NCBI GenBank assembly: GCA_963662285.2
Contig: CAXXMV010000008.1
Location: forward strand, 704,001 to 768,000
Length of the DNA stretch: 64,000 nucleotides
Direction: 5' to 3'
Origin: a bacterium
GTDB lineage: Bacteria > Hinthialibacterota > Hinthialibacteria > Hinthialibacterales > Hinthialibacteraceae
Every line of letters starts with the position of its first letter. Position 1 is the stretch's first letter. Position numbers and translations under genes: made by a program. A model generated the notes under the pieces. It was not told the DNA's origin and searched no databases. It worked only from the letters and a program-made list of their open reading frames with translations. This document shows positions 41,756-52,234 of this stretch, one piece after another.

Positions 41756-42763
41756 TTACTGAATACTTTTCACCCAGATATTCCGATATTTAACTGGCGC
41801 CTGATGATATTGCAACATCAACGGGCCTTGTAAAGATTCTTCCTCACTAATACAACCAGGCGTTGGATGTGGAATTTCAACCTGATCTAATATCAGTTCC
41901 CCATTATGCAGCACGGTAACATTGGCATTTTGTATTTTTTTTCCATCAGTGTTAAAACGTGGAGTCAGGAAAGTGATATCGAATGTTTGCCATTCACCAG
42001 GAGCCAAACATATATTTTTTAGCGGTGCAGCTACTCCATAAATACCTCCGCATGAACGATCGGTTAGTTCATCATCAAAAAAATTGTCTAAGACTTGGAT
42101 CTCGTATCGCCCCATTAGATATATACCACTGTTGGATTTTTGTTGACCGTGTGCGTTTTGCATCAAAGATAAACAAAATTCAAGATGGTATTTTGAGTCT
42201 CCAAGTTGTTTGCGCGTTTTGATTCCGCTTGATGTGGGACAAAGTGAACCATCCTTCTGTATTTTCCACAGTGGCTGTCGCTCCCAAAACTGTTCGATTG
42301 TACTTTCTTGTCCATTCATCAGGATTAATGCATTTTCCGGTGGAGGGGCATTCAACGTAGGTGATCGTACAAAATATCGTTTTAACTCGTAGCGGGTTCG
42401 AAAACGTGGATTAGTGATTAAACCGCGAAATACACCATTTGCAATTCTTCCTTCTAGAGTGAATGATTCACCAAATAGTGGAGAACTCTTAAATTCTTTT
42501 CGAATATAGGCAGAATTTTCATCAGCGGTTCCGGTTATTACCAGGCGATTTTCATTCCCTTTTTTATCTAAAATATAGAAAGCGACATCATAACAATTCT
42601 CATCACTTGCATTCACCTTTGCCCGAACAGAAGAATTGATTGTTTCGATATTTTCAATATTTCCTCGCCAGTCACCAATGATCGATTCCGAATTGTCTGC
42701 AAATAATAGTTTACTACACAATAATAGTAAAATAAATATACTATATAATCGGCGGAAATTCAT
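41756..42763 (-). CDS. DUF1080 (3-keto-disaccharide hydrolase family) protein
   Basis: Signal peptide; HLEF, SNSGIYLMGRYEIQVLD, GEWQTFDI, LQYH…YRNIWVK. Confidence 0.88.
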   Translation of the reverse strand: MNFRRLYSIFILLLLCSKLLFADNSESIIGDWRGNIENIETINSSVRAKVNASDENCYDVAFYILDKKGNENRLVITGTADENSAYIRKEFKSSPLFGESFTLEGRIANGVFRGLITNPRFRTRYELKRYFVRSPTLNAPPPENALILMNGQESTIEQFWERQPLWKIQKDGSLCPTSSGIKTRKQLGDSKYHLEFCLSLMQNAHGQQKSNSGIYLMGRYEIQVLDNFFDDELTDRSCGGIYGVAAPLKNICLAPGEWQTFDITFLTPRFNTDGKKIQNANVTVLHNGELILDQVEIPHPTPGCISEEESLQGPLMLQYHQAPVKYRNIWVKSIQ

Positions 42764-42852
42764 TTTTACTCCGTGTCGTAGAGCATAATTTCATAAGTCA
42801 AATAATGAAATCACGAATTATAATACAGAATATCTCGACTTTAATACTATGT

Positions 42853-45800
42853 TTATTCTTTAACAAGGCGAAAACCTAAATATCCCATAGTATAATCTGG
42901 AGATTTAAATTCTCGTTTCGCTGATCTATTTACATTGAAATACCAATGGTTGCCTCGGAGTACACGGTTCTTCCCATTCAAAGGGCCTATAGGATCTATT
43001 TGTGCGGATAGTTTGTACTTTCCATACAAATCGTGGCACCATTCCATCACATTCCCGACCATATCATATAGACCCCAGGCATTGGGTAGTCTTAAACCAA
43101 CTTCACCTGTTTGTAAGTTGGTTTCATGAAGTCTCCATACATAATCGATACATTTTTCTTCATCGTTCCCCCAGAAATACCGGGTAACAGTACCAGCACG
43201 GCACGCATATTCCCATTCTGCTTCTGTCGGCAATCGAAACACACCTTTCCCCATTTGGTTTAGTTTTTCGATAAATTCCTGACAATCGTTCCAGGATACA
43301 TTCTCGACAGGATGATTTATTTGATTGTAGAAATATGAAGGATTTGTTCCCATGACAGCACTCCATTGCGCTTGGGTTACGACATATACTCCCAAGTAAA
43401 AAGGCTGGCCTAGTGTGACCGGATGCTGAATTTCATCTTTATCTCTCCAATAGTCGTTGTCTGGCGAACCCATCATAAACGTACCAGCTGGAATCTGTAC
43501 CATTTTCAGTGGTTTAGCATTGGAAGGCAAATTAGGCAAATCAATTGTAATGGTAGGCAAGTCTATAGTTACAGTTTCGCTCTTCGATGATTCTATATTC
43601 GAAGAAGCCGATTCTTTAGCCCATTTTTCTTCTAGTTTTTCTATCACCAACTTTGCTTCACCACGAATTATATCATCGTCATCTTCGAGGGCTTTATTGA
43701 GCAATGTCAGCGCTTCTGTATCGCGCGGTGATAAGCAAGCAAACGCTTCAATGGCCAATACAGGATGATCAGGAAATACTTCTATCAATTCCGGAATCAC
43801 ACTTTTCGCATCCGATCCCATTTTCCCGATGGCGCCTGCAGATTGAATAGGTAGAACCATACCATCTGCTGAATATTTTTCATGATTTTTTATAATTTCA
43901 ATTAAATCGGGTATGGCCTCTTTTGCCGCTGCGCCAATATGACGTATCCCTTCTACCGCCTCTTCAAATACACCCTCAGGCTTCCCCCTAATCGCATCGA
44001 TGAGTAACGGAACTGTAATCTCCGGCTCACCTTCAATTTTGCTTAACGCTGACAATGCAATTTTACGGATTTTCAGGGAGGGATCGTCAAGTGCTTCTTT
44101 CAGTGCGGGAATTGCGGAATTAATAGCCGAATAATGAACAGACCAATCATGATATAAATCATCGAGGCCGGAATTATTCAAAGAAGAAACTATAAGAAAA
44201 GCGTGAAGACGAAGTATTTTCTGAGAACTGTTGAGAGAATCCAGTATTAATGCCAAAGATTCGTTTACACATTGCCCAATTTGTATTAGTTCACCAGCTA
44301 CTTGAAGACGCACTATAGGATTTTTGTCTTGCTGTGCATCAATCAAAACTTCAACAGCATGCCGGGAGTTTTTAGCTATTTCAGAAAGTGCAACAATCGC
44401 ACTATAAGCAATATATTCATTGGTATCATCAAACGCTTCGCGAAGCGCCAATCTTGCCTCTGCCGTATCGGCGTAATGATTTCGCAGTGTTGCTATTGCC
44501 TTAGACCTGATCTGTTCGGAATCATCATGGACCGCGGATACAAACACCCGAAGAGCTTTTGGTTTGTTTTTCTTTATGATTTCATTATCTAAGGCTTCCT
44601 TTATTAAGGTAATCGCGCGCTCACGCAGTTCTGCGGATGGATCATTATAGCACTCTATAATGGCTAGTAACATTCGATCGACTTGGGAACCATTGCATGG
44701 TTTCAAGATTTCAAGACGTTTAGATAATGTAGCTTCTTGTAACTCTTTAATATCCGATATGATGTAGCTAATATTAAACGCTTTGCTGGCGCAATTCGAG
44801 AACTCACCTGTTAATACTTTTTGTGCGACTGAAAATTTCACTGCCTTATTGTAAAATGTCATCGCATCATCATATTCCATCATATCACGATACGCATCAC
44901 CTAAATGTATATTGGTTAGAGCGACCGTGAGATGATCGGCATCATACAGCATTTCATAGATTTGCAACGCTGATTCCAATAAGCCTTTTGCTTTCTCTCC
45001 ATCGCAGAGACGCAAATATATTTCTCCTAAACTGTCTAAAGAATTAGCGACGTTCAATTTTTCAAAATTCCCCATACTCTCAGCCTTAGAGATAATTTCT
45101 TGCACTTTCGGTAAAATCCTGTTTTCTGTTTCCTGAAGAAATGTATCCAGAGCCGCCAATACATCCGGATCGCGTTCGCCAATATCGCAAATTGCGAAAG
45201 CCGCCTCCTTCCAAACCGAGGGGACAGGATCGTGTAAGGCATTAAGCAAGGCGGACACTGCTTCTTCAGGAAGATCGTAAATGTTACCATCCCAAGTCAA
45301 ACGGTATCTGATTACATTTAACAAATCTATCGAGTTTGCGCGTATCGATTCGTCGGTATGCTGTATCCCGTCCATCAAGAAAGGGATTGATTGTTCACCA
45401 AAAACTTTGATAGCATTCCTTACTTCACCAAGAACTAATCCAGATGGATTTTGCAAGAGGTTGACTAGATAAGGCAAACTATCTACGACTTTCATTGCTC
45501 CCAATTTTTGCGCGGCTTTTCCTGCAACAAATGCTGAATGATGTTTGAGAGATTGTATACAGTTTTTAATCTCATCCTCTTTGGTTAAAGGCACTGTTGG
45601 TGCTTTATCTTGATCTTGGATAAGTTCATCTTCCTTCAGCTTAAGAATTTCCATGATCAGTGCATCCCATTGAGTTATAAATCCACTCTGAACAACAGAA
45701 TTCATCTTATCGGTAGACATTGCTTCGGATTGGGATAAGATACGAAGCAATTGAATGGATTGTACATCAAGATACATTCCATGATCTTTCATATGTGACA

Positions 45801-48800
45801 AAATGTCTCGACAACGAACAATCCAATGGTTCGCTTTTTCGTTTTCACCCATTTGCTTATGCACAATGGCCATAGTAAAATACATTTGAGAAACACGATG
45901 CTGCCATTGTGCATTGCCGGGATCCAATGCCGCTATACGTTCTCGAATGGCTAAAGCCGACTGATATTTTTCCAGCCCTAACGCTGTATCACCTTGGTTA
46001 AAAAACAAATCACCGATTCGCGTTTCGCAGTCTGAGAGATCGAGTTGCAGACGTGCATTTTCGGGATATATACTGGCAAAATATTCACGTATAGCATAAG
46101 CGGAATGATAGGCTTCCTGAGCTTCATTCGTTTTACCTAATTCTATCAGTACATCTCCATATTGGATTAGGCCACGAGCATATCGATAATGCCATTGTTC
46201 ATTTCCTCCATATATTTCTACACATTGCTTCTGAATGGCAAGAGCATTTTTATACACATTATCGATGTTTAATCGCAACGCCTCAGATAAGTTTTTTTTC
46301 AGGAGTAGATCAGAATATTGAAAAAATATTGCTGAGAACTCAGATTTCCATTGGATATTATCCGGATCTTTTTCTATAAGGAATTTACATATCTCAATTG
46401 CGGTATCACATTCTTGAACAGCTTCATCGACATTATCTTGCGCTTCAAGCACCATACTTATTTTTCCGTGGATTATAGCCAGAGTACGTTGCCATTCAGG
46501 ATTGCCGGTATCTGTATTGGTTAAACGATCATGGATCGATTGGGCTTTACGATACGAATGCAATGCATCCGGTAAATTACCTTGATCCATCAGCATCCCG
46601 CCAACCGTGATATGGCAGACTGACAGACCGTGTTGTTGGGAAAATTCACTAGAACCGCTCTCTATGATATTTTGCAAGATATCCCGTACGCACTGCATAA
46701 ACCGTAAACGTAAAATTAATGGGGTATGGCTTTCTAGGGCATTTAAAAGAAATTCATGAAATTTCATGCAAATATTGATTCGTTCGTACGGTTTTAATTG
46801 ACTTTTATCCAATAGCGAAAGCACCCAGTCGAAACCAGGACCAAAATCCACTGTTTCCGAATCGGATTTTGGATTCGTTTCCAACTGATTGCGAATGATA
46901 TGCTCCGCCAAACTCCAGGTGGGACCCCAATGTTGATTTTTAGTAACCTCAAAAAGCAATCTCGCATAATATTTTGCCGCCATCAATTTAGCATCCGCAC
47001 CAATGTAATGAAACATCAAGTTGCTGAATTGGATGAGATCGGTGGAATCCAAATCACTTAGATAATCGGCAATACCAAGATGAATACTTTTTTCTTTTTC
47101 AGTATCGCTTAGGTAACGGTGGTAAATTGCTTCCCGCATTTTTGTGTGAAAAAAATCCCATTGTCCCTGTTCGCCTTTTTGTACAATATGAGATCGAAAA
47201 GTACGGCGTAAACTGGCAAAACGCAGATCATTCCATGGGCAATCGTCCGTAGAAATTTCTGGATACAATTGAGCCATAATGCGGGGCAAAAGAATGCGTA
47301 TATCTTTTTCCCGCCACCCCTGACGGCTGACTGCGATCAGGTTCGCAAAACTTTCAGCCCATTCTTTGCCGTGGATTTCTTCCGCATGTTCTAACATAAA
47401 ACCATACATGCCTTCCACATCGGGAGGAAAGGATTGGGTTGTATCGCACATCATGGCCAAAAGACGTTCTTCATCGGTTCCGGAATATTGTTGATGAGCA
47501 CGTTTAAAATCATCCGCGTCGAGAAGATTCAACTCTTCAACAGCAAGTTCCAGCCACAGTGGAATTCCTAAAGATGGTTCGTCATCAGCATTTTGTTTGT
47601 CCAGTAAAATTTGTAAAACTTTTTGATTCAGGGTTCGATGGTATCGGGCGCATATTGTTTTTATTATGCTTTCCGCCTCATCTGTATTGAGCAATGACAA
47701 TGGGAGCAAATCAATTCCTTTGCGCTGCTGCAAGGATTCCGATTCGGAACCAGGAATAGTGGTTGCAATAAGCCGCACATTGTCAGGAAGAATTCTTCGT
47801 AACCAAGTCATATACGAAGCGCGGGGAGAACGCTCGAATTGGTTTAGGGCATCGATGAGCAACACCACGCGGCGTTTTAACGAAGTCTGACCTAGAATTG
47901 TAAAAAACGTGTTTTCGATCTCCTCAGTCGAAAAACCTTGGCGTGTTTCTTGTTCTACTGGTCTTGATTCCAGATCATTCTGGTATTTTGTGCTGTGGGT
48001 ATCTTTCTCTGCCAGAGGATTTTCGATTGAAAGGAATTGCGCCAATTCCTCCGTCCAGCGCAAGAGCATGGCATCAACTTGACCGGCTTGCTGGCTAATG
48101 CCAGCAGCATGTGAAAGTAACAAGACATCTGATGATTCGAGCATACGATGCATATAGGCGAACAGGGCGCTTTTCCCTGAGCCTGTTCTTCCGGTGATAC
48201 ATATTCCCCATTTTTCATCTTTGAGTGCAATCGATGTGACATGTTTCATCAGGGTTTTGATGATATCGGCGCGTCCGATGAAGTCACGTCCGCGCTGTTC
48301 CACGAATGTATTCAGGATCGAACGTTCCTGTTCCTGCCAAGAGGAAACACTTTGATGGGCGAATTCCAACGTTTCTTCATTCAGTTCATTCCACAAGTCT
48401 TCAAGAACCTGGTTACCCAAGTCTTCAAGATTGTAAACTTGTATAGTTCCATCTGAATCGGATTTCCAATCAGCTCTGTAAGAACGAACACGGTCGGGCA
48501 ATTCTTGTGTGATGCGTTCTTTAAGCGCTCTCAAGCGTTCGGCGCGTGCGGGTTCGCCGGCATGTTGTTCGCTGAAATGAGAAGATTGAGCTAGCGTCAT
48601 CCGATCGTAGTCAAACGATTCTCTAAAATAAAAGAAACATCTCTTTTGCTGGCTAGGTGATTTCAATACGCCATATTCAATTTCAAGAGCCGTAACGCTT
48701 TTACCCTCCAAATCGCTTTCGAAACTGGCCTCTTGTGTGGCAGCCGCCATTCGTTCTTTTGGTGGAACCCATCCATAACGATCACCGATGAGACCGATTA

Positions 48801-49053
48801 AAAACGGTCGGCTGCGCTGTATTTCATCAAGGCATACTTTAAGAACTAACATTTCCTTTTGGTGAGTTTCATCTATTGATATGGTCTCAACTCCCCAACG
48901 CAAATCGATAGATTCTAGATGGTGACGTCTTTCACGTAGACGCTCTTCCAATTCAGGAAATACAACATTGCGTAAATAATCTCTTTCCGCTTGCATATCT
49001 ATAAACGTACTTGTAATAAAAATTGGTCGTGTTTTCCAGTGAGCAGAAGTCAT
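42853..49053 (-). CDS. DUF4062 (TIR-like)-NACHT/STAND-TPR-HEAT-FGE-sulfatase multidomain protein
   Basis: IFITSTFIDMQAERD…DLRWG…GDRYG…SVTALEI; Walker A GRTGSGKS, Walker B LLIDALNQ; TPR and HEAT repeats; GTFMMGS…RLPTEAEWEYACRAG…PNAWGLYDMVGNVMEW…GFRL. Confidence 0.9.
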   Translation of the reverse strand: MTSAHWKTRPIFITSTFIDMQAERDYLRNVVFPELEERLRERRHHLESIDLRWGVETISIDETHQKEMLVLKVCLDEIQRSRPFLIGLIGDRYGWVPPKERMAAATQEASFESDLEGKSVTALEIEYGVLKSPSQQKRCFFYFRESFDYDRMTLAQSSHFSEQHAGEPARAERLRALKERITQELPDRVRSYRADWKSDSDGTIQVYNLEDLGNQVLEDLWNELNEETLEFAHQSVSSWQEQERSILNTFVEQRGRDFIGRADIIKTLMKHVTSIALKDEKWGICITGRTGSGKSALFAYMHRMLESSDVLLLSHAAGISQQAGQVDAMLLRWTEELAQFLSIENPLAEKDTHSTKYQNDLESRPVEQETRQGFSTEEIENTFFTILGQTSLKRRVVLLIDALNQFERSPRASYMTWLRRILPDNVRLIATTIPGSESESLQQRKGIDLLPLSLLNTDEAESIIKTICARYHRTLNQKVLQILLDKQNADDEPSLGIPLWLELAVEELNLLDADDFKRAHQQYSGTDEERLLAMMCDTTQSFPPDVEGMYGFMLEHAEEIHGKEWAESFANLIAVSRQGWREKDIRILLPRIMAQLYPEISTDDCPWNDLRFASLRRTFRSHIVQKGEQGQWDFFHTKMREAIYHRYLSDTEKEKSIHLGIADYLSDLDSTDLIQFSNLMFHYIGADAKLMAAKYYARLLFEVTKNQHWGPTWSLAEHIIRNQLETNPKSDSETVDFGPGFDWVLSLLDKSQLKPYERINICMKFHEFLLNALESHTPLILRLRFMQCVRDILQNIIESGSSEFSQQHGLSVCHITVGGMLMDQGNLPDALHSYRKAQSIHDRLTNTDTGNPEWQRTLAIIHGKISMVLEAQDNVDEAVQECDTAIEICKFLIEKDPDNIQWKSEFSAIFFQYSDLLLKKNLSEALRLNIDNVYKNALAIQKQCVEIYGGNEQWHYRYARGLIQYGDVLIELGKTNEAQEAYHSAYAIREYFASIYPENARLQLDLSDCETRIGDLFFNQGDTALGLEKYQSALAIRERIAALDPGNAQWQHRVSQMYFTMAIVHKQMGENEKANHWIVRCRDILSHMKDHGMYLDVQSIQLLRILSQSEAMSTDKMNSVVQSGFITQWDALIMEILKLKEDELIQDQDKAPTVPLTKEDEIKNCIQSLKHHSAFVAGKAAQKLGAMKVVDSLPYLVNLLQNPSGLVLGEVRNAIKVFGEQSIPFLMDGIQHTDESIRANSIDLLNVIRYRLTWDGNIYDLPEEAVSALLNALHDPVPSVWKEAAFAICDIGERDPDVLAALDTFLQETENRILPKVQEIISKAESMGNFEKLNVANSLDSLGEIYLRLCDGEKAKGLLESALQIYEMLYDADHLTVALTNIHLGDAYRDMMEYDDAMTFYNKAVKFSVAQKVLTGEFSNCASKAFNISYIISDIKELQEATLSKRLEILKPCNGSQVDRMLLAIIECYNDPSAELRERAITLIKEALDNEIIKKNKPKALRVFVSAVHDDSEQIRSKAIATLRNHYADTAEARLALREAFDDTNEYIAYSAIVALSEIAKNSRHAVEVLIDAQQDKNPIVRLQVAGELIQIGQCVNESLALILDSLNSSQKILRLHAFLIVSSLNNSGLDDLYHDWSVHYSAINSAIPALKEALDDPSLKIRKIALSALSKIEGEPEITVPLLIDAIRGKPEGVFEEAVEGIRHIGAAAKEAIPDLIEIIKNHEKYSADGMVLPIQSAGAIGKMGSDAKSVIPELIEVFPDHPVLAIEAFACLSPRDTEALTLLNKALEDDDDIIRGEAKLVIEKLEEKWAKESASSNIESSKSETVTIDLPTITIDLPNLPSNAKPLKMVQIPAGTFMMGSPDNDYWRDKDEIQHPVTLGQPFYLGVYVVTQAQWSAVMGTNPSYFYNQINHPVENVSWNDCQEFIEKLNQMGKGVFRLPTEAEWEYACRAGTVTRYFWGNDEEKCIDYVWRLHETNLQTGEVGLRLPNAWGLYDMVGNVMEWCHDLYGKYKLSAQIDPIGPLNGKNRVLRGNHWYFNVNRSAKREFKSPDYTMGYLGFRLVKE

Positions 49054-49139
49054 TTTTGATATTATCCTTTACTCGAGTTACGCTAATAAATTGCATTCCA
49101 ATAGAAAAAATTACATTCCTCTATGCGAAAGTGCATATT

Positions 49140-49364
49140 TTTCTCAAAGGTCAAAGAAAGTTGCTAACTCCTCCCGATCCCTGAAAAACGGATAAAGCCG
49201 TTTCGGGAATGTTGCGTCTCTAACTTACTTCCAACAAGCAGAATATTGATTCAGTACGTTTCCAAAAATCGTTGAAGTTTCTTGCCCCAATACGCATCTT
49301 TGTGACTGTAACTAATTAAATCTCAAGATATATGGTTATTTGTCAGCGTACCTTTTATGAGCAT
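49140..49364 (-). pseudogene. Decayed TIR gene, paralog of the TIR at 37461..37793
   Basis: ISYSHKDAYWGKKLQRFLETY* and, after a frameshift, PKRLYPFFRDREEL; aligns by eye with about 37597-37760. Confidence 0.85.
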
Positions 49365-49409
49365 TTTCCTAAGCGGTGAAAATTATATTTCAAGCTTATT
49401 AAGCAAACA

Positions 49410-51125
49410 CTACTTCACGATTTTCTTTCCTACTTTTTTCAGATAATCTGGAATATTCTTTACGGCATCCCGGTCATAGTCTTTTGTTTCTTCATCCAGG
49501 TCTTGCCACTCTTTCATATCTGGATGAGTTCGTTGTTTTATATCATTTGGCCCTTCAGTAAAATTTTCCAAGCGGTTAAAGGCAAGCCAGCGTTTGTGTT
49601 CCATTTCCGCAAGAATTTCTATATCTTCCTTAGAAAAATGATATTCTTCAACTTCGCTAGTTGCACATATGATTTGAAGACCAAGTGTGCGGAGTTTGAT
49701 TCCAATGTGCAGCGCTTGAAGTCTGTTGGATTCGCGATAATACATATTTAACTGATTCCAGGATTTGTGAGACTCCGTCATCCCAAAGTCATTTTTTTTT
49801 GCTGCGGATTCTAAATAATTTTTATGAATGACTTTTGCCAGATGGTCTAGTTCATCTTCAACAATACATTGTAATGTTGCCGTTTCATTCAATGCACCAA
49901 AATAGTTAAAAGCCGCATCCCGAAATTCAGAGTTCATATAACAGGATTGATCAACATCGGCAGGAATTCTTACAAAGATGGGAATTTTATATTTTTTTAG
50001 TTGTTGAGAAATATTATGAGGATATAAGAATGACTTGCGCTTTTCATTGAAACAAAATACAGCGGATATTATCGCATTTTTATTGTCCAGCCATTTCGTG
50101 AATTGTTTATCAAGGGTTTCCTTTTCAATGTCGGCATGAATAAATTCTATATCAGCCAGTGTATTGATTTGTGGATATTTTGCATATAATTCTTGCTTTC
50201 GGTTTTCCGAATCTAAATCGATAATAGATATTAATGTTTTTTGCTGATTTGCCATTTGATAGAGTTGAATGGCTTTAATAACTAAAATTTCCCCCAAACA
50301 TCCAAATCCTATAAGAATTAAATGGATAAAGTTATTGGAAGAAGGCATGATGGGGTTATAATCCAGCGGAGATTCATTTAATAGTTTCCTAGCCATGATC
50401 TCATACAAGTTGATGATTTGAAACTCTAATCCTGAATGCGGATTCAAGAATAAGTCTTTATCTCGTAAAACAATACACATTTTTGAGTCAATTATATGAA
50501 TATAGTTTCTAAGGATATTACATTTTTTTGATGCAACTGAATCTAACAAAGTCTGATGTACTTCATAAGCAAGTTCCATATTCTTAATATCTTCATCAAA
50601 AAAAGCAAATAAGTATGATGCTTTTTGAATACCTGCTTCAAGCAAAATAGAGTATTTTGTTGGTTCTGCTTGGATATGGTACAAATCCTGATTGTTGAAA
50701 TCATTTGAAACAATATCCAGACTAACATCAGCAAGCAGTACAACGTTTTTTTGCTTTTCTAACAAATCACAAATAAGATGTTTTGCCATTGGGGAATAGC
50801 CACAAACAATGTAGTGAGAATTAAAAAATCGAAGGATAAGTGATATATATTTTTTATAAAACAACGCGATGAATCCTAAAACCAATGTAAATGAGGATGT
50901 AACGACTCCCAGCCATCGAGCCAATTCTACTTGCCATGTTTGAGGAAGATCATCATATTCAAGAATAAATAATTGAATAGTGCTGTAAAGACGATCCCAA
51001 AGACTCCATGCAGGATGTTCAAAGAAATAACCCCAAAGCCCCAAAAATATTGTCCAACAGATTAGACAGGACAAAATTGAACCGCGATTGACTTCGATGT
51101 ATTTGATACCTTTCAAAATATTCAT
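49410..51125 (-). CDS. 2TM (channel-like)-RCK/TrkA_N x2-RyR domain protein
   Basis: TM1, pore-helix-like DRLYSTIQLF, TM2; Rossmann motifs HYIVCGYS and HLILIGFGCLG; RyR repeats LAKVIHKNY…WNQL…ESN and LAEMEHKRW…HPDMKEWQDLDEETKDYD. Confidence 0.85.
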   Translation of the reverse strand: MNILKGIKYIEVNRGSILSCLICWTIFLGLWGYFFEHPAWSLWDRLYSTIQLFILEYDDLPQTWQVELARWLGVVTSSFTLVLGFIALFYKKYISLILRFFNSHYIVCGYSPMAKHLICDLLEKQKNVVLLADVSLDIVSNDFNNQDLYHIQAEPTKYSILLEAGIQKASYLFAFFDEDIKNMELAYEVHQTLLDSVASKKCNILRNYIHIIDSKMCIVLRDKDLFLNPHSGLEFQIINLYEIMARKLLNESPLDYNPIMPSSNNFIHLILIGFGCLGEILVIKAIQLYQMANQQKTLISIIDLDSENRKQELYAKYPQINTLADIEFIHADIEKETLDKQFTKWLDNKNAIISAVFCFNEKRKSFLYPHNISQQLKKYKIPIFVRIPADVDQSCYMNSEFRDAAFNYFGALNETATLQCIVEDELDHLAKVIHKNYLESAAKKNDFGMTESHKSWNQLNMYYRESNRLQALHIGIKLRTLGLQIICATSEVEEYHFSKEDIEILAEMEHKRWLAFNRLENFTEGPNDIKQRTHPDMKEWQDLDEETKDYDRDAVKNIPDYLKKVGKKIVK

Positions 51126-52210
51126 AACTGTATCGACTTCGTTAGCTTTGGAATCATTTGATAATCTCTATCTTCAAAGGGTTTTTGAAATTCCAATAGC
51201 AATTCTTTCATTATGGGATGTATTGCGCATTGCTCCTTTACGTGGCAGTATTGGCAGGTAGTTTTTCCGGTAATTCCCAATTTCCCGACACCCGCCAACT
51301 CACCGGATCCCGAAGCTTTTATCACGGTTCCTTTCCCTTGAGGTGTTAACCAGTAAGCAAAATGACAATGCAGCGGCTCGACTTCAGCCCAATCGCCTGC
51401 TTGTAGGGTTTTAACATTCCAAGTTAATGAGCCCCGCTGGTTCATTGGTTTAGACCAAATTTGCATTTCACCCGATAGAATCCCATAGATTTCAACAGCA
51501 GGAAGTCCGTGAACATGGACATCCTGTTTGTCTTTGGGCGAGAAAAAACTCCATGTAAATCCCAATCCTTGTTTTTGATAGGGTAAATAAGGATCGGCTA
51601 CACGGAGATTAAAGGCTCGATTTCCTGCAGAAAGAATTTCATCTACGGTCTGGCTTTTAACAACTCGGACTCCGGTTTCTTGCAACGAAGCCCAATGACA
51701 TGCCAATGCATCCATGGATGGAATTGTTGATGTTGTATCGATAACCTCAGAAAAATGACTTTGAACATAATTAGCTATCGTTCGGACATTTGGCTCTTTT
51801 GTATCTGCAAGAACTTCATTCAACAATTTCCAGGAAATAATATCTTTTTGCGTATTCAAGTTAGCCCAACCAGATTCAGTTAATGAGATTGTCACTGGGT
51901 ATAAATACCATTTTTTGTTTAGCCCCTCGTAGCGTGGACTATTATGATCGTTTAACAAAAGTGGCAATTCATCTTCTAAAAAGTAACTTCCTGGCTTCAG
52001 TCCAAGATCTTCCTTTAAGGGACGTACGAGTGCTTTATAAAGCGATTCCCCCTGACGTAACTTTGTTGAGGGAAATGTTGGATGTCCTTGTTTTTCTATT
52101 AGCAGAAATTGTACAGGGTCATGAGAAGATAATTTTCTGCAAATCAAACAATATAATACATACGAAATGGACATATCTCTGACATTTTCTCGATTTGATT
52201 TTTCACACAT
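51122..52210 (-). CDS. Nudix-like plus cupin fusion protein
   Basis: Degenerate Nudix box GESLYKALVRPLKEDLGL; cupin motifs HVHGLPAVEIY and GDWAEVEPLHCH; CQYC…C near the C-terminus; ATGA overlap with the RyR gene. Confidence 0.7.
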   Translation of the reverse strand: MCEKSNRENVRDMSISYVLYCLICRKLSSHDPVQFLLIEKQGHPTFPSTKLRQGESLYKALVRPLKEDLGLKPGSYFLEDELPLLLNDHNSPRYEGLNKKWYLYPVTISLTESGWANLNTQKDIISWKLLNEVLADTKEPNVRTIANYVQSHFSEVIDTTSTIPSMDALACHWASLQETGVRVVKSQTVDEILSAGNRAFNLRVADPYLPYQKQGLGFTWSFFSPKDKQDVHVHGLPAVEIYGILSGEMQIWSKPMNQRGSLTWNVKTLQAGDWAEVEPLHCHFAYWLTPQGKGTVIKASGSGELAGVGKLGITGKTTCQYCHVKEQCAIHPIMKELLLEFQKPFEDRDYQMIPKLTKSIQL

Positions 52211-52234
52211 ATAGAATACCTATTTGGGCAAGTA

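Noticed and set aside
42853-43100. FGE-sulfatase C-terminus as a diversity-generating retroelement target
   Set aside because: No template repeat with A-specific mismatches and no reverse transcriptase seen in the window; trans-targeting from elsewhere cannot be excluded.
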